A stretch of DNA of 64,000 bases from an uncultured Eubacteriales bacterium (lineage in GTDB: Bacteria > Bacillota > Clostridia > Oscillospirales > Acutalibacteraceae): contig CAKTEE010000001.1 of assembly GCA_934546985.1 (NCBI GenBank), positions 174,116 to 238,115 of the forward strand, written 5' to 3'. Of the stretch, positions 9,691 to 19,484 are shown piece after piece. Position 1 is the stretch's first letter. Every line of letters begins with the position of its first letter. Position numbers and translations under genes: made by a program. The notes below the pieces were generated by a model that was not told where the DNA came from, did not search any database, and saw nothing but the letters and a program-made list of their open reading frames with translations.

Positions 9691-10014
9691 TTATTTTACG
9701 GAGGAAACAAGTTTTGTCCCTAAATCATATAGTACAGGAAATTGGAAAGTTTTACCTGTAAAATAGAGAATGCCCAGAATAAGCGGTATTACAGACAGTA
9801 CCCAGTAAATTAAACGAAAAACAAACCCAATAAAAGGAATAGCGCCAAGCACGGAAAGAATAATCATTGCTATAATCATAACAATGTTCAGCGCAAGTGC
9901 CTGGCCAATTTGATTGCGCTCCTCCTGGTCATGGTCTTTGACTGCAAACAGGACAATCAGCGGGCCGATGACAGGGAATAAATATGTCAGGCCCAGTTTT
10001 ACGTTTTTCTGCAT
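9691..10014 (-). CDS. Small integral membrane protein (about 108 aa, 3 TM)
   Basis: The internal start MQKNVKLG carries the SD AGAAAGAGG 9 nt upstream. The longer ORF, running to 10080, would overlap pfk. Confidence 0.55.
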   Translation of the reverse strand: MQKNVKLGLTYLFPVIGPLIVLFAVKDHDQEERNQIGQALALNIVMIIAMIILSVLGAIPFIGFVFRLIYWVLSVIPLILGILYFTGKTFQFPVLYDLGTKLVSSVK

Positions 10015-10072
10015 TGTTTTCAAACCTCTTTCTGTTTTTTTATATTTAAGGGAGAGGACTCCCTTAATTGCT

Positions 10073-11146
10073 TTATCCAAATGATACGCCCATTTCCTTA
10101 GCGGCAGTGATAAATTCGCTGTCTTTTGGCACGTATTTGAGTTTTCCGGCGACTTCGGTTAATGGTACGGGCACAATCTGTGTACCTTTAAGTGCAACCA
10201 TATTGCCGAAGTTTCTGTTTTTTACAAGCTTCGCCGCGGCAACGCCGAAACGGGTAGACAAAACGCGGTCATAAGGGCATGGATCACCGCCGCGCTGAAT
10301 ATGGCCGGGTACGCAAACGCGAATTTCCTGTCCCATTGCTTCGCCGAGTTTTTTGGAAATTTCATATGCGACAGAAGGATATGGAGAAGCCGCCTTTTTT
10401 GCTTTTAGTTCTTTTTTGGATAATAAGGAATCTTCTTTTGAAACAGCACCTTCAGCCACTGCGAGTATGGAAAAATTCTTGCCTTCTTTTTGCCGTTTAT
10501 TAAGCCTTTGAATTACATTTTGCAGATTATAAGGAAGTTCCGGTAAAAGAATAATATCCGCACCTCCGGCAATTCCGGCATATAGCGTTAGCCATCCAAC
10601 TTTATGTCCCATAATCTCAACAATAAAAATCCGTCCGTGAGAGGTTGCGGTTGTATGGATGCAGTCAATAACATTTGTGGCAACATCAACGGCGCTTTGA
10701 AAACCAAAGGTCATATCAGTGCCCCAAATATCATTATCAATGGTTTTAGGCAGGGTAACAATGTTTAAACCTTCGCTAGCAAGGAGGTTTGCAGTTTTAT
10801 GTGTGCCGTTGCCTCCAAGGATAACAAGTGCATCCAGTTTTAGCTTTTTGTAATTCTCTTTCATTGCCGCAACTTTATCCACACTGTTTTCATCAATCGT
10901 GCGAATATATTTAAATGGCTGGCGGGAAGTACCAAGAATAGTTCCTCCTGTGCGGAGAATGCCGGAAAAATCTTCTGGTTTCATCATTCTGTGTTCCCCA
11001 TAGATTAGGCCTCGGTATCCGTCAATGATACCATAGATTTCAATATCATTGTCGAATTCTTCATATAATGCCTTTGCAACGCCGCGCAGCGCAGGATTCA
11101 GCCCCTGACAGTCCCCGCCGCTGGTAAGTAGTCCAATGCGTTTCAT
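10073..11146 (-). CDS. pfkA: 6-phosphofructokinase, possibly PPi-dependent or group III
   Basis: LTSGGDCQGLNPALRG, GGNGT and LPKTIDNDI motifs. There is a Lys in PKTIDND where ATP-PFKs carry Gly. SD AGGAAGTGG. Confidence 0.85.
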   Translation of the reverse strand: MKRIGLLTSGGDCQGLNPALRGVAKALYEEFDNDIEIYGIIDGYRGLIYGEHRMMKPEDFSGILRTGGTILGTSRQPFKYIRTIDENSVDKVAAMKENYKKLKLDALVILGGNGTHKTANLLASEGLNIVTLPKTIDNDIWGTDMTFGFQSAVDVATNVIDCIHTTATSHGRIFIVEIMGHKVGWLTLYAGIAGGADIILLPELPYNLQNVIQRLNKRQKEGKNFSILAVAEGAVSKEDSLLSKKELKAKKAASPYPSVAYEISKKLGEAMGQEIRVCVPGHIQRGGDPCPYDRVLSTRFGVAAAKLVKNRNFGNMVALKGTQIVPVPLTEVAGKLKYVPKDSEFITAAKEMGVSFG

Positions 11147-11185
11147 ATTGCCACTTCCTATCTTCTGTTTTTATCGTTTTATGGT

Positions 11186-13330
11186 TCAGATAGTATTTTC
11201 TTCAGGATTGATTCGCGGATTATAAAGTTCCTTTTTTGACTTTTCTTCCAACTGTTGTATTTTCTCTTTTGCCTGCCGTGCAAGTGTAAGCTGGCAGTTT
11301 ATATTTCCGCGTCCGCGTTTATCAACAAATTCATAAACCCCGTCCGGCCCTTGGATTCTGGCATTTGTAGTATCATTCAGGAATAAATCCAGCATATCCA
11401 TAACCCTCTTTTTTATATCAGGGTCTTCCACAGGGAAAATCAATTCAACACGGCGGTCAAGATTTCGGCGCATCCAGTCCGCACTGCCTAAATAAACCAC
11501 AGGTAAACCGGCGTTTTCAAAGCAGAAGATGCGGCTGTGTTCTAATAACTGTCCGACAATACTAATTACCGTAATATTTTCACTGTATCCCGGTACGCCG
11601 GGAATCAGTCCGCAAATGCCGCGGACAATCAGCCGGATTTTAACGCCTGCGTTGGAAGCGTCATAAAGCTTTTTGATAATTTTAGGGCAGATCAGGGAAT
11701 TAACCTTAACCGTGATACCGCTGGGCAGACCTTCTTTTGCATTTTTGATTTCCCTGTCAATCATTTTATTAAAAAATGGACGCAAGCCATCCGGCGCTAC
11801 GGCAACTTTTTTATACTGGGGTTGTTTGGAATAGCCTGTTAAAACATTAAACAGGGAGGATGCATCACTGCCAAAGGATTCCCGGCAGGTAAACATGCCA
11901 ATATCCGTATATAACCGGGCGGTAGAATCATTATAGTTTCCGGTTCCCATGTGCACATAACGGCGGATGCCGTCGTCTTCCCTTCGGACAACAAGCAGGA
12001 TTTTACAGTGGGTTTTCAGGCCTTTCAGACCATAGATAACATGACAGCCTGCACGTTCCAGTTTTTTTGCCCAATGGATATTATTTTCTTCATCAAAACG
12101 TGCCTTAAGTTCTACAAGTACAGTGACTTGTTTTCCGTTTTCAGCAGCCTTCATAAGCGCGGCAATAATGGGGGAATTACCGCTGACACGATATAACGTT
12201 TGCTTGATTGCAAGAACATCAGGATCCTCCGCCGCTTTACGGATGAAATTGACAACACAGTCAAAGCTTTCATAAGGATGATGTACTAAACGGTCCTTTT
12301 CACGTATTGCCTCAAAAATATCTGTAACGCCCCAAAAGTCAGCAGGTGTTGCCGGTTTAATCGGCGGCAGGCGCAATTCATCAAAGCCTTGCAAAAAGCT
12401 GAATTTCATCCAAACATTTAAATCCAGCGGGCCGGCACATTCATAAATTTCTTTTTCCCGAATGCCCAGCATTTTTACAAGGAATTTTCTGGTTTCTTCA
12501 TCACTTCTGGTAGGAATTTCCAACCGAACGGGTTTGCCGCGTTTTCGGTTACGGATAGACTTTTCAATTTCTATCAGCAAATCTTCCGCTTCTTCATCTA
12601 TGGAAAGGTCAGAATTTCGGGTAATCCGGAACGGGCAAACGGCTTTAATTTCATGCAGTTCCAAAAGTTCAGAAAGATGTTCGATAATCAGGTCTTCCAG
12701 CAAAAGGAACGCTTTACCTTCCTGACAGGGCAATTCTACAAGGCGCGGCATAATTGCCGGAACCTGAACCACAGCAAAACAGTCTTCATGATTCTCATCG
12801 TTTTTTAAACGGATGGCAATATTCAGGGATTTGTTTGAAAGGAAGGGGAACGGACGGCTTAAATCAATCGCAAGAGGGGTAAGGACAGGAAAAAGAATGC
12901 GATGAAAATAATCATCCGTATGCTGCCGCTGTACCTGATTCATATCGTCAGGTTTTAGAATTTGAATGTTATATTTTCGGAGTGCAGGGAAAATGGAGCG
13001 GGTCAGGCAAGTGTATTGCCGTTCTGTAAATTCATGTGTTTTTTCATATATTTTTTCCAGCTGCATTTGCGGCGTAAGTCCTGCGGGATCCGGTTCCTGA
13101 TAACCGGATTTTGCCTGTTCCTTTAAACCTGCCACCCGAACCATAAAAAATTCGTCCATATTGGAGGCAGTAATAGCAAGAAATTTTAAGCGTTCCAATA
13201 CAGGATTTTCTTTTCTGTATGCTTCTTCCAGCACTCTTGCGTCAAAATCAAGCCAGCTTAACTCACGGTTGGTAAATGGAAATTTTTTCTTTTGTGTTTT
13301 ATTTTTTTTCGTTTCTGTTTTGTCACTCAT
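11186..13330 (-). CDS. ppk1: Polyphosphate kinase 1
   Basis: 714 aa with the PPK1 N-terminus (FTNRELSWLDFDARVLEEA) and two PLD-like catalytic regions. SD GGGAGG. Confidence 0.9.
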   Translation of the reverse strand: MSDKTETKKNKTQKKKFPFTNRELSWLDFDARVLEEAYRKENPVLERLKFLAITASNMDEFFMVRVAGLKEQAKSGYQEPDPAGLTPQMQLEKIYEKTHEFTERQYTCLTRSIFPALRKYNIQILKPDDMNQVQRQHTDDYFHRILFPVLTPLAIDLSRPFPFLSNKSLNIAIRLKNDENHEDCFAVVQVPAIMPRLVELPCQEGKAFLLLEDLIIEHLSELLELHEIKAVCPFRITRNSDLSIDEEAEDLLIEIEKSIRNRKRGKPVRLEIPTRSDEETRKFLVKMLGIREKEIYECAGPLDLNVWMKFSFLQGFDELRLPPIKPATPADFWGVTDIFEAIREKDRLVHHPYESFDCVVNFIRKAAEDPDVLAIKQTLYRVSGNSPIIAALMKAAENGKQVTVLVELKARFDEENNIHWAKKLERAGCHVIYGLKGLKTHCKILLVVRREDDGIRRYVHMGTGNYNDSTARLYTDIGMFTCRESFGSDASSLFNVLTGYSKQPQYKKVAVAPDGLRPFFNKMIDREIKNAKEGLPSGITVKVNSLICPKIIKKLYDASNAGVKIRLIVRGICGLIPGVPGYSENITVISIVGQLLEHSRIFCFENAGLPVVYLGSADWMRRNLDRRVELIFPVEDPDIKKRVMDMLDLFLNDTTNARIQGPDGVYEFVDKRGRGNINCQLTLARQAKEKIQQLEEKSKKELYNPRINPEENTI

Positions 13331-13365
13331 AGTGTTTCCTCCCAGTGAAAGGATTCTTCGCGCTT

Positions 13366-14925
13366 TTATTTCAGCAGCAGGGTTTTAATAACCAGTTCGG
13401 GCGTGATGCCGAAAACCTCCTGAAAGAAAGGAGCGCATTCTTTAAACGCCCATTTTTCCAAATAGAGGCTTTGGTCGCTGATTGCAGTAATGGTAATTTT
13501 ATCATCAGTAAGTTTTACTTTAATTTCATTGACTTTACTTTTATGTGATTTATCCATTGCATTTGCCATACGCAGGATTGCCGCAAGTTTGGAAACCATA
13601 AGCCGCTGTTGTTCCGACATAGTGAAAAAACCGGGTGTACCTGTAGTGGGAATATGTGTTTCACTATATTGTGTAATTTGTGCAATCAGCGAAATTTCTC
13701 CCTCGGTTAAACCGTAAATGGCAGAATTTTTAATCAGATAATAAGAGCTTAAATGATGATTGCGGGAGTTAACGTAATACCCGCAGTCATGCAGTTTTGC
13801 CGCAAGCTCCAGTAACAGCCTTTCGTGGGATGTTAGACCGTGTATTTTTTTCATGCGGTCAAAAATGATGCAGGAAAGTGTAGCTGCCGTTTGGCAATGC
13901 TTTATGTCGGAATGATAGTGCTGTGCGATACGGTCCGCGCAGGCAAGTGCATTCGTACGGATATGCACGGCATATGCCTTGGCGTCCGCTGGCGTCAGCA
14001 TTTGGTGCAGTAAAGCGTCGGATAATTTAATCTGCGGAGCTGTTATAATTTCTGCCTGTGTGAACTCGGCGAGCTTGCAGTAAATTGCTACACCGGCATA
14101 CAGAATTTCCGCTTCATCATAGGAAAGGTTATACTGTAACGCAATGGTTTCTGTTGAAAGCGTGCGGATAGATTTATATAGGGAGTGCAGGTCTTTTTTG
14201 CGGATTTGATATATCCCGTTATCATCCTGACCGCCGCACAGCAATGCGATAGATTCTGTGTCTGTGCCAGTTACAAATAAACTGCCGATACCTTGTGCGA
14301 ATTCTTCTGATACCAGTCCTAAAGTGTTTTCCATGTATTCTTCTACAGAGGGGAAAGGATCATCTGTTTCATTTTCCAGTTCACGCAGCATGTCGCCTAA
14401 CCGAAGGGAACCAAGATTAATGTTCTGGCTGTATTCAATTTTGCCATGAATACAGTGCGCAATACCGATAGAACCTGTACCGATATAGGAAAGCAGGGCA
14501 TTTTCCACGCTGTGTTCTGCAGTTTTATTCAACAGCCGCAGTACAGTATCATAAATTAACGCTTTTTCCTGACTGTCCTCTAAAATATCAACTTTCATTC
14601 CGGTTTGGATACGGAGCTGGTCAACGACATATGAGCGGTTCACTGCACTGCGCAGAGCGCTGGTGGCGACAACCCGGTAGTTTGCGATTCCGTATTCACT
14701 CATGAGCTTTGAAAAACCTTTTAATCTTGCGGAAATTTCTTTTAAGGTGTCAAAAGTAACCTTGCCGGTAGAAAAAACTTCGTGCCCTAATGCAATAGGT
14801 GTTTCCAGAATATCAAGGTCTTTTATACCGCCGGTCAGTTTATCTGCCTGAGCAACACGCATTTTTATGTTATTAGAACCGATTTCAATAACCGCGACAG
14901 GATGTTTATATTTTCGTTTATCCAT
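13366..14925 (-). CDS. ppx: Ppx/GppA-family exopolyphosphatase with a C-terminal HD domain
   Basis: HPVAVIEIGSNNIKMRVAQ actin-like fold start and a C-terminal HD motif (LHDCGYYV). The start at MDKRKYK has GGAGG 8 nt upstream. Confidence 0.85.
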   Translation of the reverse strand: MDKRKYKHPVAVIEIGSNNIKMRVAQADKLTGGIKDLDILETPIALGHEVFSTGKVTFDTLKEISARLKGFSKLMSEYGIANYRVVATSALRSAVNRSYVVDQLRIQTGMKVDILEDSQEKALIYDTVLRLLNKTAEHSVENALLSYIGTGSIGIAHCIHGKIEYSQNINLGSLRLGDMLRELENETDDPFPSVEEYMENTLGLVSEEFAQGIGSLFVTGTDTESIALLCGGQDDNGIYQIRKKDLHSLYKSIRTLSTETIALQYNLSYDEAEILYAGVAIYCKLAEFTQAEIITAPQIKLSDALLHQMLTPADAKAYAVHIRTNALACADRIAQHYHSDIKHCQTAATLSCIIFDRMKKIHGLTSHERLLLELAAKLHDCGYYVNSRNHHLSSYYLIKNSAIYGLTEGEISLIAQITQYSETHIPTTGTPGFFTMSEQQRLMVSKLAAILRMANAMDKSHKSKVNEIKVKLTDDKITITAISDQSLYLEKWAFKECAPFFQEVFGITPELVIKTLLLK

Positions 14926-15199
14926 ATGAAATTCCTCCGGGCGGATGAACTGAGGCATATGTAGTGGCTTTTTACCTTTAGTGTATCCGCAGAATAGAAA
15001 ATGATTCTTTTTTAATTCTATATCGTTTGTAACTGATAAAGCCGATATTTATTTCTAATTTTTATATTATAAATTATATATTATTTTTACAAAAAAACAA
15101 ATAAAAATTTTGTATTTTAACATAATTTTACATTCTCTTGTTTTTCATTCGATAGAAGGCTATAATAAATAAAAATGTAGTGAAATGGATGAAACATAT

Positions 15200-15922
15200 A
15201 TGCCCAGATTTTTTGTTGAAGATATTTGTGGGGAAAATTTTATCATTACCGGTGAAAATGCGCGGCATATTGCAAAATCTTTGCGTATGCGGGCAGGTGA
15301 AATGATTACGGTGAGCGATGGCAAAGGAATGGATTACGGCTGTGAAATTACAGAAGTAAATGATGCCGGTGTTCGTGTGAAAAATTTGTATCATCAGCCG
15401 TCTAATGTGGAAGCGAGTATAAACGTAACTTTATATCAGGGGTTGCCCAAAGGCGATAAAATGGACTATATTGTCCAAAAAGCCGTTGAGTTAGGGGTAT
15501 GTAAAATAGTTCCTGTGTTAACAGAACGTTCTGTATCCCGTCCGGATGCAAGGTCAGCTGCAAAAAAACAGGAACGATGGCAAAAAATTGCCGGTGAAGC
15601 GGCGAAGCAAAGCGGCAGGGGAATGATTCCTGTAGTAGAATCCGTAATACCGTTTAACAAAATCAAGTGGGAAGATTGTGAAACGCTTAAAGTATTATTC
15701 TATGAAGGTGGCGGTGTTCCCATGCAGAATGTAATGGGAAATTATCCTGACCGAATTGGGCTGTTTATTGGGCCAGAGGGCGGATGGGAGAAAAGTGAGG
15801 TTATGGTTTTGAAATCTGCCGGTGCAAAAATAGCAACGTTGGGGCCGCGTATTCTCCGTACGGAAACAGCACCCCTTGCGGCGCTGTCGGTGATAATGTT
15901 TCTTACAGGAAATTTAGGCTGA
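15200..15922 (+). CDS. rsmE: 16S rRNA (uracil1498-N3)-methyltransferase
   Basis: MPRFFVEDI... RsmE N-terminus, PUA-like plus SPOUT fold, 240 aa. Confidence 0.85.
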   Translation: MPRFFVEDICGENFIITGENARHIAKSLRMRAGEMITVSDGKGMDYGCEITEVNDAGVRVKNLYHQPSNVEASINVTLYQGLPKGDKMDYIVQKAVELGVCKIVPVLTERSVSRPDARSAAKKQERWQKIAGEAAKQSGRGMIPVVESVIPFNKIKWEDCETLKVLFYEGGGVPMQNVMGNYPDRIGLFIGPEGGWEKSEVMVLKSAGAKIATLGPRILRTETAPLAALSVIMFLTGNLG

Positions 15923-15930
15923 AAAGTAAA

Positions 15931-15970
15931 AATCCACCGTCAGGGAAAATCCCCGGCAGTGGATTTTTTA
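15931..15970 (+). terminator. Intrinsic terminator after rsmE
   Basis: Imperfect hairpin ATCCACCG...CGGCAGTGGAT followed by TTTTTTATCTT. Confidence 0.6.
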
Positions 15971-15994
15971 TCTTAAAATTTAGGATGGGCAAAA

Positions 15995-16195
15995 TTAATT
16001 TTGAAAGGAAAACTGCTCAATAAACATCCCTTCATCCTCTGGGGATTTGCAGTCCAGGTTAACAGAAATAGAACCATTGTGTATCGTTTCCAAAAGCATT
16101 TTAATTCCAAGAAGCTGACTGTGTACGTTTTTCATATTCAAAGTATCGCTGTATTCCGTTAGGAGATAGACGTCTTCTTTTGTTTTTTCAATCAA
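15995..16195 (-). CDS. Short ORF of doubtful coding status (66 aa)
   Basis: Only the ORF-track prediction supports it. There is no SD or family, and it borders a long ORF-free region. Confidence 0.2.
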   Translation of the reverse strand: MIEKTKEDVYLLTEYSDTLNMKNVHSQLLGIKMLLETIHNGSISVNLDCKSPEDEGMFIEQFSFQN

Positions 16196-17097
16196 GTGGA
16201 TAAGTTTTGCTGGATCAACTTAGAATGCTTAATCATAAAAACTTCCCGTATAAAAGCGAACTATCTTTACCTACTGCTTTTATACTATTATTATACTGCG
16301 TAAAGCCTTGAAATACAAGGGTTTACAGGTGATTTGGCTATTTTTGGAGTTTAGGCCAGATTGTCGGGGAAGAAAAATATTCTTTTGTAATATTTGACCA
16401 GAAGTTAGCTGTAAAATTATTTAAAATAACGATTTTGTATTTTGCTTGTTCAATTTTCGTAGATAATGGAGAAAAAACGCATGGTTCTTCATAATTTGTT
16501 TTTATTTCTTTAAAGGATTATACATGGGCTATTATTTATTTAGCAATAATTTAACGGTATACTATAAGCACAGTTTAGATACAGGCCATTTAAACTGGAA
16601 TTACTTGCTTTGAGATTTCTTTTTTCCCACTCCTTTTGTTGGTACGGGCCGGATATTTATATATCCGGCAACCGTATTTCAAATTTCATAATTTGTTAAA
16701 ATTTTAGTTATAGAATCATAATGTTTCTTTTGTAGAATAAAGATGCTGACAGGAAAGATTTAACTGTCACCTTAAATTTGCTTACAAGATTAGCCAAGTG
16801 CTAAGAATGTTTTTTCTTTTTCTCCTCTCTCTTTTGCAAAAAAGGCGCCGCAAGGTGTCTTTTTTGCTTTTAGAAATAATTTCAGATAGGTTTTACTGAG
16901 AATAGAAATTTAGTATATGTGATAAAACATATGCGGATAAATAAAATTCAATGAAACGTTAATGAGAATATTACCTTTCTGTATTATTTTTGCAATATTT
17001 ATTGTTTATTCTTTAAATAAACCCAATAGGAATTATTTTAATTATAAATGTCATTTGTTTTGACTTTTTCATTGTTTTAATCCCTCTCTGAGAATTT

Positions 17098-17147
17098 AAC
17101 GAAGGAACGCATTTTCATTATTGAAAATGCGTTCCTTCGTTTTTAGC
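17098..17147. terminator. Perfect 17-bp hairpin terminator downstream of the LysR gene
   Basis: CGAAGGAACGCATTTTC-attattg-GAAAATGCGTTCCTTCG followed by TTTTTAG. Confidence 0.65.
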
Positions 17148-17161
17148 TAATCAAAAAAGAT

Positions 17162-18028
17162 TTATTTTAAGGTTTGTTCAAAAATTTTTTCCAGTACAGG
17201 GCGGCGTATATCCCCTTTGCGATAAACATAGCATAAAGCGTGTGTTAGATCAAAATCTTTTAAAGCAAGGGCGCAGAGTTTCCCATGTTCTAATTCTGTT
17301 TTAACGACGGCTTCATAAACAAAAGTAACTGCTGACGAATGTTGAATTAATTTTTTTATCAGCACAAAGCTGCCAAGTTCGGTTACCTGTGCAAAGCTTT
17401 TTGCTTCGGCGTTTTGCAGGTGTAGCCAGTTTTCAAATACTTCCCGGGTACCGGAATTCGGTTCTCTGAGGATAATGGGATATTGCTGAAGTTCTTCTAA
17501 AGAAATTGTTTTTCCGGCAAGCGGATGTTTAACGGAAGCAACAGGTAAAAAACGTGCTTGACAGAAAACATGAGATTCAAATAAAGCGGAATGAAATAAA
17601 CCTTCAATAAATGCACAGTCAAGCTTACCCGTACGCAGTGCTTCCAACAAATGCGCCGTGTTGCCGACGGTTACGCGGATGCGTTCGCCGCTGGACAGCA
17701 TTTGATTTATCAGTATTTCAGGCAGGTAGTAGTCGGCAATGGAAAGCGTTGCGCCAATGCGCAGGGGTTCTATGGTATTATGCAGTAATTGAGAAAAACA
17801 GCGTTCGTTTGCACGCTGAAGGCTTAAATATTCATACAGCAAATTGCCTTCATTGGTTAAGTGCATTGCTTTATGTGTACTGTCAATAAGTTTACAGCCG
17901 TAATGTGTTTCCAGTTTGTGAATATGTTGGCTTACAGCTGGTTGCGTTAAATGGAGGGTTTCCGCAGCAGCGGTAAAGCTATTTAATTCAGCAACCCGCA
18001 GGAAGGTTTCAATTTTAGCGTCCAGCAA
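17162..18028 (-). CDS. LysR-family transcriptional regulator
   Basis: N-terminal HTH (FTAAAETLHLTQPAVSQHIHKLE) plus a LysR substrate-binding domain. Divergent from chrA. Confidence 0.9.
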   Translation of the reverse strand: MLDAKIETFLRVAELNSFTAAAETLHLTQPAVSQHIHKLETHYGCKLIDSTHKAMHLTNEGNLLYEYLSLQRANERCFSQLLHNTIEPLRIGATLSIADYYLPEILINQMLSSGERIRVTVGNTAHLLEALRTGKLDCAFIEGLFHSALFESHVFCQARFLPVASVKHPLAGKTISLEELQQYPIILREPNSGTREVFENWLHLQNAEAKSFAQVTELGSFVLIKKLIQHSSAVTFVYEAVVKTELEHGKLCALALKDFDLTHALCYVYRKGDIRRPVLEKIFEQTLK

Positions 18029-18140
18029 AAGGATTCCTCCGATTATAATAAAAATTTATAATATATATAATATCATAATTTGAATTTATATAAAAGCTAT
18101 GTTATGCTGATTTCAGAAAAAAGATGGGAGTGGAAAAGAT

Positions 18141-18728
18141 ATGGAACGAAAACAAGAGAAACATGTATTATGGAAACTGTTCCGTTCTACGTTTGCACTC
18201 AGCGCATGCACGTTTGGCGGAGGCTTTGTTATTGTATCGCTGATGAAAAAGCAGTTTGTAGAAAAATTTAAATGGCTGGAAGAAGATGAAATGCTGGATG
18301 TTACAGCAATTGCACAATCTTCCCCAGGACCCATCCCCGTAAATGCATCGGTGATTCTGGGATATCGCATGGCGGGAGTTTTGGGTTCTTTTGTGGCTGT
18401 ACTCGGTACAATTTTGCCGCCTATGATTATTATTTCAGTCATTGCCGTATTTTATGAGCAATTCCGTTCTAATGTCTATATTGCAACTGCTTTACAGGTA
18501 ATGCGTGCGGGGGTAGCGGCAGTCATATTTGATGTTGTGCTGAACCTTGCAAAAAATGTGTGCAAAACCCGGCGGTTACTTTATATCAGTTTGATGTGTG
18601 CTGCCTTTTTCTGTGCAGTTGTGTTGAATATAAGCGCTATGCTGATTATTCTTGCCTGTCTTATGGTTGGATTAATTGACCTTTTTGTCAGCCTGTTTCA
18701 TGAAAAAAGGAGGGACGAGTCCGTATGA
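18141..18728 (+). CDS. chrA: Chromate transporter ChrA, N-terminal half-size subunit
   Basis: ACTFGGGFVIVSLMKKQFVEKFKWL and AIAQSSPGPI motifs. Its end overlaps the second half by 4 bp. Confidence 0.8.
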   Translation: MERKQEKHVLWKLFRSTFALSACTFGGGFVIVSLMKKQFVEKFKWLEEDEMLDVTAIAQSSPGPIPVNASVILGYRMAGVLGSFVAVLGTILPPMIIISVIAVFYEQFRSNVYIATALQVMRAGVAAVIFDVVLNLAKNVCKTRRLLYISLMCAAFFCAVVLNISAMLIILACLMVGLIDLFVSLFHEKRRDESV

Positions 18729-19294
18729 TATTGATAAAATTATTTTTTAGTTTTATACAGGTAGGCTTGTTTTCTGTCGGCGGTGGTTATGCGGCCATTC
18801 CGTTGATTCAGGATCAAATTGTGCAGGTGCATGGATTGATGACCATGGAAGAGTTTACAGATTTGATTACAATTGCAGAAATGACGCCGGGGCCGATTTC
18901 AATTAATTCTGCGACTTTTGTTGGAACACGTTTGGCGGGAATTCCGGGTGCAGTCATTTGTACCATTGGTTGTATTTTGCCCTCTTTCATCATTTGTTTT
19001 GCTCTCGCATTTTTTTATTATAAATACCGCAATTTCGGAGGGGTACAGATTGTATTATCTGCTTTGCGGCCGGCGGTTGTTGCGATGATTGCTTCTGCCG
19101 GATTGTCTATTCTTCTGCTTGGTTTGTTTAATTCCGGTATTGGCGCTATCCAGCTTGAGAACTTCCGTGTGGTAGAGGCTGGTATATTTATAGGTGCATT
19201 GTTTTTGCTGCGAAAATATAAGCTTAACGCCATTACAGTTATTTTAGGGTCAGGCGTAGTAGGTACGTTGATTTATCTGCCGGCATTGTTGTAA
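18725..19294 (+). CDS. chrA: Chromate transporter ChrA, C-terminal half-size subunit
   Basis: FSVGGGYAAIPLIQDQIV and TIAEMTPGPISINSATFVG motifs. Paired with the upstream half. Confidence 0.8.
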   Translation: MILIKLFFSFIQVGLFSVGGGYAAIPLIQDQIVQVHGLMTMEEFTDLITIAEMTPGPISINSATFVGTRLAGIPGAVICTIGCILPSFIICFALAFFYYKYRNFGGVQIVLSALRPAVVAMIASAGLSILLLGLFNSGIGAIQLENFRVVEAGIFIGALFLLRKYKLNAITVILGSGVVGTLIYLPALL

Positions 19295-19393
19295 AATCGG
19301 CAATGAAAATTAATGAGGCTTATATAACAATTCTATTTCAGTTTGTTTAAAACTGTATTGAGTATGATATTTGAAAAACAATGTTATTACCAT

Positions 19394-19437
19394 ATAAAGG
19401 GGTACTAAAGACATTTATGCCTTTAGTACCCCTTTAT
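19394..19437. terminator. Bidirectional terminator between chrA (+) and feoB (-)
   Basis: ATAAAGGGGTACTAAAG...CTTTAGTACCCCTTTAT, a 17-bp stem. Confidence 0.75.
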
Positions 19438-19484
19438 GACGTGTGCAATATCACTTTAGAAAAATCAATGTATATATTCTACGC

